A stretch of DNA of 64,000 bases from Camelus dromedarius (Eukaryota), in the NCBI RefSeq assembly GCF_036321535.1, contig NC_087451.1:18538001-18602000 (forward strand), read 5' to 3'. Every line of letters starts with the position of its first letter. Positions within the stretch are counted from its first letter, which is position 1. The translations under genes were made by a program, and so were the position numbers. Below the pieces are notes generated by a model. The model did not search any database and had not been told where the DNA came from. It saw nothing but the letters and a program-made list of their open reading frames with translations. Positions 1 to 10,551 of the stretch are shown in pieces.

Positions 1-358
1 AAGGATGGCCACGAGATTTCTAACTTGGACACCTGAGTGGCTGAGCTCTTTCACTGAATCTAAGCCAAGGCTTCTGTGTGCTCCCAGGAAGCTGGATACC
101 TCCCCTGCCCCCAAGGGAGAAGCCACTTTTTGTTTCTTGGTCTTGCCTTGCCTCCGGTCGGGTCCCTGACAAATCAATTTACAGGTTAGAAGAAGTGTGG
201 GATTACCAAGGAGGGTCGGAATCCCGAGAAAGAGAGGGGGCAGCCGTCAAGGAGCTGAAAAAGAGCTGGAGGAAAATGTTATCCCTAAATCCTTTTCTCC
301 TCTCCCCGTTGAAGGACCCAATTAAGACCGTTTGTCTCAGTGGTTTCAAACAAGTAAT

Positions 359-364
359 TTTATT
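359..364 (-). terminator. Polyadenylation signal (AATAAA) of ZMYND15
   Basis: The + strand reads TTTATT at 359-364, about 90 nt downstream of the ZMYND15 stop codon. Confidence 0.7.
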
Positions 365-429
365 TACCTTTTTGTGTTCCGCCAACCATCCTCCCCCTCG
401 GCCTCGCCTGTTACGTGTTGGGAGAGGGG

Positions 430-760
430 GCGGCCTGCTACCTCTCCGGACTCAGCTCCGCCTGCGGGACCCCCGCCCCGGTTTCTTTTCTCCTCGGCGC
501 CTGCGGGCTGGGGCGGGAGGAGCCGCAGGAGTCGGGGCGGGGGGCGCGGGCCCGGGCGCCGGGCGGGCCGCGCCCCCTTGCGGAGGCTTGTAGACCAGGT
601 GGAAGATGAAGGCGTTGCAGTACCTGAGGGGGGCGTGGCGCCGTCAGGGGCGGGGCCAAGAGGCCGCGATTTCCCAAGGGGCGGGGCTTGTGGGCTCCGA
701 GTTCTAGGGGGTGGGGCTAGAGTTAGGGCTCGGCCAATCATAGGACAGCAGGACCTTTTG
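430..760. promoter_or_regulatory. CpG-rich island over the ZMYND15 last exon and last intron, with GC boxes and a CCAAT box
   Basis: Dense CpG; GGGGCGGGGC at 647-656 and 678-687; CCAAT at 734-738. Confidence 0.55.
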
Positions 761-3700
761 AGGGGTGGGCCAGGAGTCGGAGAAATTTTGTGAGCCGGCT
801 CTTAAGAGGGGTGTTTGGACGACGTGGAGACCCTGTAGAGGGGTGGTGAGGAGTGCGGACAGAGAAGGCGGGGTGTGGGGCTGGGGCCAGGACGGTCCCA
901 GGACAGCAGAGACAAGCAGCAGAGACGACGGTAGAGGTGGTGGGCCTTTTAGGATGCACAGCCAGGGAGTAAGAAGGCCTTACCAGGGCATGCAGTTGTC
1001 GGCCGCTCTGAGGCGAAAGGGGGAGCGGAAAGGGTTGGGCTGTGGAGGGCTGGTCCCCCCTCCTGTGGCCACCGCCATGGTCTGGTCATCCATCACACAG
1101 CCGTACTCGCTGCTCTCAGTGAAGAAGGCCGGCACTCGGAGGGACTGGGGTGGGTGCGGGACGTCAGACACTCTCGGTATAGGCTCCCAGCCCCACGGAC
1201 ATCCCGAGCAACAAGGATCGCCACCCCGGTTGAAAACTGAGGACCCAGGAGGGCCGGGAGCCGGGGAGGCACGAGGCAGCCACAGAGAGGGGCAGGAGGA
1301 CCCGTGGGCTCAACCCAGGTCTGTGGAACAGATAATGGGGAAGAAGAGACTTTCAGAAAAGGAGGAGGGACTGGGCAGGGGGTGAGAGAAGATCCTCTTT
1401 GTCCCGTCCCCCACCTGTAACCGGGGCAGCAAGCTCAGCCAAGTGTCCTTTAGACCAAAGCCGGAGTTATATCCTGTGGGCAGAGGGAGAGCAGGGAGCA
1501 GCTGGATCCTGTGGCCTCTCTCCCACCCTCCCCACACTTCTGCCCCAGGCTCTTACCAATAACCAAGTCAGGCTTGGGCCCCTGGAGCAGGTGGTAGGGC
1601 CGTGCAGACACCTTGATGTGCAGGTCTCTGCGGCCCCCCTTCTCCTTAGTCCCAGAGTTGAGCCGTGCTGATACCCCAGAACCAGAGCGGACAGGTACTT
1701 CGGGGCCATCCTGGGGAGTTAAGTGGGGTGGGGAAGCCACTGGAAGTTAGGGTACTGGAGGATGCGACAGGTGAGACAGGGGAGGGGAGGCAGGGAGCTG
1801 AAGAGCAGGGCCCCCCTCAGCCCTTACCCTCTGCAGGGTAAAATGCTGCTGGTCACTCTCGGGGGGCAGGCCGTCACCCACAAACTGCAGCTCCAAGGCC
1901 ACGTGGGGGAGCAAGACCAGGAGCTCCTGAAGGACAGACAGGACAGATCTGGGTCCCACCCTTCGTCCATCTCCACACCCAAAGGCCCAACCTTCAAGCC
2001 CGGAGAGACTTACCCAAAACACCATGACAAGGTCAAACTCCTTCCCGGCCTCCACTACATGGATTTTCAGTGACTGTTTGTTCTGGATGTTCAGCTCAGG
2101 GACTGGGTGACAAGCTAGCCATTTCAGAATATGGTCTCCTCCCCGCCACCTGCTGTTCCCTACCAGCTCCCCGTCCCCCCTGCTCCATGCACTCCTCCCC
2201 GGGCCTCGGCTCTGCTTACAGGACTGGGGCACCAGGTGGGTGATGACATAGTACACCGTCAGTGGGTAGGTGAGAAGCACGGCCATGGGGGAGTCGAAGC
2301 TGAGGCCCCGCCATGTGTAGTAGTCCTGCCATGAGCCTGGGAAGAGTGGGTTACTGGGGACCTGGCCCCAGGCCTGGACCCCAAGCCCTCCAGTCTAATA
2401 GCCCCCTTCTCAGCCACCCAGACTGCTGGCCCTGCAGTCCCTTTCCCTACCCCTAGCTCCCTCAGGGCCCTTCCAGCTCACCAAAGAGGCCCCTGGGTGG
2501 ATCTGGGGGCACAGGAGGCATCAGGGCAGGCCCGTCCCCCTGGAGAAGCTGGTAGGGATCTCCTGAGAGGATGAAAGAAGACGAGCCTGGTGTCAGGGAG
2601 ATCCACACCTGCCTCTTCTTCTTTTAAAGGAGTTCTGTTCCCTGTGAGAGGGCCTGGGGCAGCAGCAAGAGGACTAGGGGGCTGCCTCGCGATGGGGCTC
2701 CTGGATGGGGTGGGTAGGAGTGACTTCTCTGAGGGTTAGGGAAAGGCCCGAAACAGCCCTGGGGCTAGCGGTGGGATTTGGTGCCTACGTGGAGGGGTCA
2801 TCTAGGACTGGACAACTTTTTGCTTTCCCATCCTTCCCTCTAGTCTGAGGGGCCCATGCCTGGAGAGAGGCCCCATGTACCACGGAGAAGAAGGCTGAGG
2901 GATGGCATGCTGCCCCGGGGGTGCCTGGGGGTGCCAGGGCCTGATATCAGCATGCTGAGCTGCATCCAGTAGCCACGAGTGAGGCCCCGCGAGGCCAGGA
3001 AGGCCTCCTTGTTAAAGGTTTCACTGGTCACCTCTGGAGAAGGATGAGGGGAGCGGTTGAGGGCCCGGTGGGCAGGATTCCAGACTTTGGCTCTCCTCAG
3101 CCTCTCCCCAGGACCCTGGGTCTGAGTCTGGTTTCAGTCAGGGAGAGAACTGACAGTTCTGAGTGTTTACAGTATAGCCCACAGAAGCCATGTAACAGTT
3201 CCATGGGTTTTAACATTTGTTAGTCTGCCCATTTTACAGATGAGGAAACTGAGTCTCTAAGAAGCAAAGTGATTTAAGGTCACCAGTTAGTGGTGGAATG
3301 GAGAAGCAAGTATTTGATACCTCCTCCCGAATCCTCTAAGCTCTCTCAGGGGCCTACACATTCAGTCCTCAGCTCCAGAGATGCTGTCTCCAGCCCCAGG
3401 GGTCTAGCCCCCAGCCCCAAATACCCAGCCATTATTCCAGGGATCTAGACTCCAGCCCCAGGACCCTGTTCCCAGGCACCTGGGGCCCCAGTTCCAAGGA
3501 TCTGGCCCCACTTCCCCCCTCCCCATCCTGACTTCCTTATGGTACCTGCGGTGTAGGTAAAAGGCAGAGTCGCCAGTTCTCCGGCCCGCTCCATGAAGGC
3601 TGCAAGCCTTGGGCACCAAAATTGGTGACTCACATCATCTGGGCACCGCTTCCAGTCGGTCTGGAGACAAGCCTCTCCGCAGTACAAGACAGCACCACAC

Positions 3701-5417
3701 TGGGGGCTGGGGTCACAGTGGGTGGTGGACATCCAGGGTCCGTCTCTGTAGGTCCCCTGTCTGCTGTGCCACTGTCCCACAGCTGCCTGTACGTCACTTG
3801 GTCTGTTTGTTCTCTCTCTGCCTATAACAGCTTGGTTTGGTTTTCTTTTTTCATCTTTTTCCCCTGTCCTTCACCCTATCTGTCCACAAGGTCCCGCACC
3901 GGCCTGCTGTCTCTCTGTTTGCCTGACTTGGGCTCTTCCTCCCACTGCATCTCTGCAGGCTACTCACCAGGGTGTCAGCTTCACTTCAAAGCTGTGTCTG
4001 TGACAAACGTGGCAGGTTCGAGCCCGAAGGGAGGCAAAAGTGAAGCCTGGCTGGGGACCCCATGTCCGCATTGGAGTCTTGGCTAATTTCACTCCCAGTC
4101 TGGGGACCAGATTCTCTAGCTCTCTGAGTGGGGGTGGAGACAGCATCAGGCTGGGGGGCTCAGGACTTCAGGCCCCAGGCCTCCCCACCCTTTACCAGGT
4201 TTCCATACTTATGCAGCTGGGCATCTCCCACCGTAAGCTGTCGGGGCTTTCGGGGGTCTCCAGAGCCCATGGGGCAGGCCATGCTGTGGCAGAGGAGAGC
4301 ATAGGCCCGGGGAGCCAGGTTCTCTGTCCCTGAGCCCCTGCCTGCAGTCCCCTGGGCTCCATCCATTAGCAGATCAATGCCCAAGATGGTGCCATGTTTA
4401 TCTGTCACCAGTAGGAGGCAGGAAAGGTGCAGGGGTGCAGCCTCTGGGGAAGAAGGGAAAAGTTGGGGGTGGGTGGCAGCAAAGATGGTCGGGGTCAGGG
4501 GCATCAAATCAAATGCCTGCAAGAGGCTAGGAAACTGAGTGAAGGGGACAAGCCTCATCTGAAGGGGACAGCTGCTAAGCAGGCCCAGCATCTGCTGCCA
4601 GGTAGAAATGTGGGCCTGCAGTCGGAACTTTACATCTTCTTGCGAAGGTAGAACTGCAGACTTCTGAAATTTTTGTTTCTTTGAATGTTTAAAGGTTGGC
4701 TCAAATTAAAAAACAGCCTTGTGGATCAATGAAAAAAATCCTTTTCAGGCCAGACTGGCCTGAGGGCCACCCATTTGTGACTCCTAGCTGGATTCTGAGG
4801 GGTGCAGGAGGGTTGGGCAGGGCACAGGGCAGGGCCAGCCCTGGGTTCTTACCACTTGTCCGTCCCTTCCTCCTCTCAGGCCCCGGCTCCATCTCTGCCC
4901 TGTCCTCTCGGCAGCCATCTTCGCCACCTCCTGCCTCCTGCTCAGCCTCCTCTGGCTCCCCTCCAGGACTTGCTTCCTGGGGAGACTCCCTGCTGGTGGG
5001 GGCTGGCTCCCCATCCTCTGTTTCTGCCTTCTCCATGCCCACACCCTCCTCTCCATTCTCTCGCTCCTCCTCCCCTTCCTCTCCTTCCTCCAGGCTGACA
5101 AAGCTGACATAGGGGCTTAGATCTCGCAGGTGGAGTAGGAGCTCATCTCCCAGGAGCCGAGCAGCTCCCAGGCCAGGTCCAGGGCCTGGCTCTGCCCCTT
5201 GTCCCAGGCTGATGCCCACACTACGGTTGGGCAAGACGTGGAGCACCCAGAGGGCAGGGTCCTGGGGCAGCCTTCTGATCTGAGCCTCCAGCTGTCGCCA
5301 GCGACCCTCGAGGCTGGTCCGCCCAGCCCCACGCTCTGCCACAAACTTGCGGTACCAGCCAAAGAGGAGGGCGGTGAAATCAAGGAACTCATCCCGGTAT
5401 CCAGACACAAATTCCAT
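452..5417 (-). CDS. ZMYND15: Zinc finger MYND-type containing 15 (spermatid transcriptional repressor), 13 coding exons, 733 aa
   Basis: Exons in transcript order: 5417-4853, 4443-4209, 4123-3968, 3706-3546, 3033-2881, 2562-2482, 2336-2220, 2102-2014, 1926-1828, 1710-1557, 1473-1415, 1144-984, 623-452 (stop TGA 454-452). All junctions are GT-AG with matching phase; total 2202 nt. The protein starts MEFVSGYRDEFLDF, has an acidic region, a MYND finger (CHVCHRHSFEVKLTPCPQCGAVLYCGEAC...HQFWC) and ends in a Pro/Arg-rich tail (RRRRGEKKPGRGSRRRS). Confidence 0.96.
3225..3325 (+). mobile_element. MIR SINE fragment
   Basis: cccattttacagatgaggaaactgag...aaggtcac is the MIR core. Confidence 0.8.
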
Positions 5418-5849
5418 GTCCTCAGGGGCACAGCGCCTGGGCCCACACTGGGCTGAGGAAGGGATAAATAGTGAGGGAGAGATCCTGGTGAGAGTTTAGG
5501 GCTGGGTCACAAAATGGGGGCGGGCTGTGTTTGAGGGTCCCTCAGGGTGGAATCTATGGGTGAGTGTTCGGAGTGAGAAAGGAGTTTTCAGGGCTGAGGA
5601 TGGGAGTTGGGGATGAAATGGGGGCCAGACTTGAAAGTGGGTGATTAGGGTTAAGGATGAGTCGTCAGAAAGGAGATGGTATTTGAGGCTGCAAATTTGA
5701 GGCTCAAGCCGTCAGAGGTAGGGTTTGAACTGAGGATGGAGGTGAGGAGAGCTAACCCTATGGGAAAGGGTTTGGTGAGGAGGGAAGAGTCCCGTGGGCT
5801 GTGGGAGAAGGGTGTAGGAGCCAGGGCATCCCTTGGGCTTGGATCGGCT

Positions 5850-6700
5850 TGGCGGTGAGCCCCTCCCCGCCGCTCCTCTACTCCGGTACCTGTAGCCGCC
5901 ACCACTTTCAAAGGTAAATACCTCGGGGTGGGGCGTGACGTCAGGCTCCCGAGACCCCGGCCCGCTCCCGGGTGGCCACGCCCCCGCGTGTCCCGCGCGG
6001 CCCCGGCCAGTGTCTGCGCAGCGGGGCGCGCGGACTTGCCTGCAGCGATCGCCCCGGCCGTGTGACTGACCCCGGCGAGGAAAGGGAGAGCCTCTCAGGG
6101 AGGAGGTCCAGCCAACTGACCTGCGGAGGGCGGGGGGAGCTGGCATCCCCGCGCCGAGCTAGATAAGCCCAAGGGACTGTCTTTCGCTTTCCTTCTCCGT
6201 TTTCCCACGCTCCTGACCGCCCCCTCGACGAGGCTCGGGCCTGGGCGCGGGGGCGCAGACGGAGGAGCTCCGCCTCCCGGAGTTTCCTGGCCGCCGGAGG
6301 CCCGCGATCACGCGGCTTCGACAGTACTGACCGCACTGTCCGTTCGAGACGGTGGGACCCCTGGCAGGGAGGCGCAGCCGCCTCGCGCCCCGCCTCTGCC
6401 GGGCCTCTGGCGCTGACGGACGGCCGTGGTCTCCCCCGCTCCCCGGAGTCTCCGGCCCAGCGGGAGAAGGAAGCGAAAGCCCTTGAGAAAAGGTCTGGAC
6501 GTCAGGCTCCGGAGCCCGTCTGGGAATCAGAGAGGGAGAGGCGGCCTCGTGATGCTGTTAGTCTGGGAAGCCCGGTCCCTCTTGTTGCTGACTCTCCTGA
6601 TAGCTTGGCTGACTCCGCAAGGTTCGTCTGGGGCCCGGCTCGTGCCTAGATTCCTGAATCCGGGGAAGGGGATGGGAGGCCCTAGGGTGGCGGATTTGAG
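5850..6700. promoter_or_regulatory. CpG island; shared head-to-head promoter region of ZMYND15 (-) and CXCL16 (+)
   Basis: GC/CpG-rich block between the two start codons (5417 and 6552). Palindromic CRE TGACGTCA at 5936-5943. Candidate ZMYND15 non-coding exon donor (CAG|GTACC on -) at 5890 and acceptor at 5452. Confidence 0.8.
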
Positions 6701-9632
6701 TTGAATAAATGGGGAGCCAGCGTCCCCAAGGCAGCCGGGGTCGGGAGAAAGCCAGTTGTCTGGGGGTGGGGACAGGCCAGGGAACACCTGAGTCCAGGTG
6801 TGATTCTGGACGTATTTGCAAGTGTGATGTTCAAGTTGAGCTCGGGGATGGTACCCTGGGGTCTACGGGAGTGGCTGCAGTGGAGCTGTGGGTTGGAGGC
6901 CAAATAACACCTTGTGTGGTCCCGTAAACCTGGGAAACCGCTCTGACTACCTTGATCCTTCTCAGCTGATAGCAACGAGGGCAGCATCGTTGGAAGTTGT
7001 CCTTGTAATAGAAGATTTTCTTCCCACTCCCCTCCAAACGGCCGATACATGGGACAACTGCAAAAGCGCCTGAAAGCCTATCAGTGGTGTAATTCCTATG
7101 TCAGGTAATCTCACCCAAGCCTGGGAGGGCAGCGCCCCTGGGTGCCTGGAGGACCGTCTGTGGTCAAACTTGAACTCCTTCTGGGAGGACCTCTAGCCCC
7201 CTCTTGGGGGTAGGTTTGCCCTGATTTCCCTGTCCTACCTCCCTGGGATTTCCCAGCCCCAGCAGAAAGTGCTGAATCTTGACCGTGACTGCACAGCTTT
7301 GGAATGAGGAAAGACCTGTGAAAGGAGTGGGTGGTGTGTGTGGAGAAGGAACTGCTACTGAGACCAGGTTCTTCCTCACAGGTTCCAGCTACCCTTGGGA
7401 AGTGTGTGTGGGGGCAGCAGTGACCGGTGGGTCCAGGAACTGATGCACTGCTTTGATCGCAGAGGTAAGAGCTTCCCCGCTCATCCCCAGGCTCTGGCTC
7501 CAGGGCTGAGCCTCCTCCACCTTACAATTTTCTTTGCTTCAGCCCTTTTCCCTGTGATACCTCACATTCCTTTTCTGATGGACTTTCACTTTAGTCCCTG
7601 TTTACCAGAAATCATTCACCACCACTTTCATGAGTTTTGCCAATTCATCCTATCACCTGTGCTGTAATTTCCCTAATGTTTCGCTTGAAATCAAGGCACT
7701 ATTTTTATTTGCCAATATTGTATTATGGAAATTCAAAGACATACACAAAAGTTGAAAGATTTGTACAGTGAACATCCATATACCCACCACTGAGATTCTA
7801 CAACATTTGATTTTTATATTTTACATACATACCTAATAAAGCAAATGTGTTTTATATTTTACAATATCAAGTTTATAGCATTTTAACTATATCTGCTTTA
7901 TTGCACACCTATCTGCCTAGGCATCACTCTGTTCCTCATCGATCTTTATATTTTTGGTACATTTCCAAGTAAGTTGCAGGTTTGACACTACTTTATCCCC
8001 AGACATTTCATCAGGAGAGTTCTTTTTATTGTTCCTTTTTTCTTTTTGAGGTAAATTTTGCAAACAATGAAACAAATAAATCTTAAGTGTACATAGACAC
8101 TTTTGAAAAACTTCATGGCAATTTGTCCCAAGCAAGGACATCTGTGAAGTCCCAAATTTGATATGTTGATTGTATTTTTCTCCTAAAATAAATACACGAC
8201 CATGAAGACACAAAGTGTTCTTCCAGGTCCCAGCTAAAGTTGTCTTCTGTAGCATTGGTGGTACTCATAGTGCCTTTCGGCTGTGAAGACCTACAAGATT
8301 TCACTTAGTCTTTCTAACTACCTTGGAATTAAAATGATTCCTACTTTACAGCTGGAGAAAATGAATCCCAGAGAGGTCACAGCTACTTGGTAGCAGAGCT
8401 GGGGTTCCAGTCTAGCTCTCCCGACTTCTCAGTTCAGAATGCATGCTCACCCCAGTGCTTCCATGCTGTGATTTTCTCACCTCCCTCTCCCCAAGTCTGC
8501 CCTCTGCCCCTGCCCCCTTACCTGGCCTTTAGCTATTCCCTTGATGTTCTCCTTGACCCAGTACCCTTCCCTCTAGTTATTTCTTCACCTTGTCCCCTCA
8601 TATCCCTGATCCATCCCTTCTTGTCTTTTCAGAATGTGGACTTGCTTACACCAGCAGTATGGCCCGCCAGAGGCATTTACCTTCCCGCAGCACCCAGGTT
8701 CCTGACCCCATGGAAAGGGCACCTTCAGACACCAGCACCCCTACCCAGATGTACCTGCCAGACACCCTGCAGTCTACCCAGCCGTCCACCCTTCCAGCAG
8801 ACTTGCTGTCCTCAGACCAAAAGCTCATCCTCACTAACCAAACCACCATGTCCTCTGTGGGCCACAGTCTGGGGGTTAAGCCTGAGGCCAGGGAGAACCA
8901 GAAGCAGGGAAGCAAGCTGGAAGAAAATGTGGGCCCTGCAGCTGGGACGTCAGCCATGGTGCCGGTGCTGTCCCTCTTGGCCATCGTTTTCGTCCTGACA
9001 GGAGTCCTCCTTTATGTGGTGTGCAAGAGGAGGCGGGAGCGCTCGCCACAGCACTTTCCAGGTAAACTGGGCCTCTGAATGCCTCCTCCAGGGACCCAGA
9101 GCCTCTCTGGCCAGGATCATGCCCCCCGCCACCCGCCACCTGTAGCTCTCAGGCAGACAAATATTGAGGTTGTCTGCACCATGGACTATAAGCCAGGGGG
9201 AAGACTCAGACAGGCTACGGAGGAGTCTGATGGCCACCTGACCACCCCCCAACCGCCCCCTGCCCTGTCCCAAGTCTTTCTTCACACCACACCAGCTGTT
9301 CCTCCTGGGGAGGGAGAGAAGCCACCATGGGCTCAGAGTCCAGTGCTTGGCCTTCAAAGCCAGGCAGTGCTTGGAGCCCAGAGCAGGGTAGTGGAAGATG
9401 AAGCTGAGGAGGAAAGTAGGAGACATTCATTCAATTCACAGATCTTTACTGAGCACCTACTGTGTACCTGGTCATATAGTTAACATTTTGTAATGATTCC
9501 CCAGTTCAAGGTATGAGCCCTGCCCTCCCTTCACCCAACTTCCCATGGTCTCAAGCTGATCTCTCAATTTCTTGATCTTTTCCAGATTTGCAGCTTCATT
9601 ATGTACCTGTGGCAGGACACCCCAACGCTTGA
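6552..9632 (+). CDS. CXCL16: C-X-C motif chemokine ligand 16 (transmembrane chemokine / SR-PSOX), 5 coding exons, 255 aa
   Basis: Exons 6552-6621, 6966-7104, 7382-7464, 8633-9061, 9586-9632 (TGA 9630-9632); total 768 nt with consistent phases. Signal peptide MLLVWEARSLLLLTLLIAWLTPQ, then NEGS..CPC chemokine domain with four Cys, a Ser/Thr/Pro mucin stalk, TM segment VPVLSLLAIVFVLTGVLLYVVC, and cytoplasmic tail KRRR...LHYVPV. A non-coding last exon likely starts at 9905. Confidence 0.95.
7700..7920 (-). mobile_element. Ancient L1 (L1M-type) 3' UTR fragment
   Basis: tattatggaaattcaaagacatacacaaaagttgaaaga...gaacatccatatacccaccac resembles old L1M 3' ends. Confidence 0.55.
8335..8445 (+). mobile_element. 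MIR SINE fragment
   Basis: cctactttacagctggagaaaatgaatcccagagagg...gcagagctggggttccagtctagctctcc. Confidence 0.65.
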
Positions 9633-10210
9633 GTAAGAGTGTAACCTTCTTGAGAGCCAATTATGATTTATCATCAAATGCATTTAATATACTGGAACAA
9701 TTACGGGTACATAGTAGTCACTCTCTAAAAATGTAATACGCAAATAACCAGCCACTGCCCTCTTAGAGCTTCCCTCTGTTCATTTTTTTTCTATGCTATA
9801 ATGTATAGTTGCTTTTTATATAAGATATCTTGGGCAAATTCTGTGTGTAGGTATCTTTAACTACTAAAACTTATTTTTCTAATGATTGACTCTTCTTTCT
9901 GCAGACATTGGTCTCATGCCCTTGTCCCTTTACCATGATTCCTGGCTTCAGCTTCTCTGTTGACGGCCATACAATGCCCCTCCCCGCACCCCACCCCACC
10001 CCAAGTCTCTCTTCACACCACACCAGCTGTTCCTCCCCCACCTCAGCCCTCTCCCGCTTCTTCCCCTGACCCCACAGTGAGGGCCTGGACTTTCCCACCC
10101 CTTCCTCATCAGCAGCTGCCATACAGCCTGGTTTTACTTCCTCAATCCCTTACATCACCCACATATGCCCCAGTGAGAGTTTGAGCTCCTGGTTTTTAGT
10201 GTTATTGTTT

Positions 10211-10216
10211 TTTATT
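10211..10216 (-). terminator. Polyadenylation signal (AATAAA) of MED11
   Basis: The + strand reads TTTATT at 10211-10216, about 335 nt downstream of the MED11 stop. Confidence 0.65.
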
Positions 10217-10222
10217 ATTAAA
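10217..10222 (+). terminator. Candidate polyadenylation signal (ATTAAA) of CXCL16
   Basis: ATTAAA in the 3' UTR exon, followed by a U-rich tract (ttcttcttttgtctttt). Confidence 0.5.
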
Positions 10223-10551
10223 ACCCTTAGTTCTTCTTTTGTCTTTTCCAGTGGAGAAGAATGTGTCTTCACTGGCCCAAGTCATGAGGAAGTGGGTTGA
10301 GTGTCTGAGTCTCCACCTCCCATCTGAGCCCCTCAGCACTTGGTCAAGTGCACGGCAGGAGAACCCTGCTGGAGGAGCCTGGGCGCAGCGGTGGGCAGGC
10401 TTGGTCTTTAAGCTTCTCCATTCCCACCTTTTGGCCCCTTGTCCTCTAGCCTCTGACCAGCAGGGCCTGTAGGGGGCAGCCCATGCTCTCCAGGTTCTGT
10501 CCCAGGTGCAGGTGGTAGTCTGCCTCCAAGCTCTCATTCCACCTGCTTGGC

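Noticed and set aside
9079-9483. 134-aa ORF in CXCL16 intron 4
   Set aside because: Intronic; it is not joined in phase to the CXCL16 exons, ends in an L2-like tail, and the true last coding exon is at 9586.
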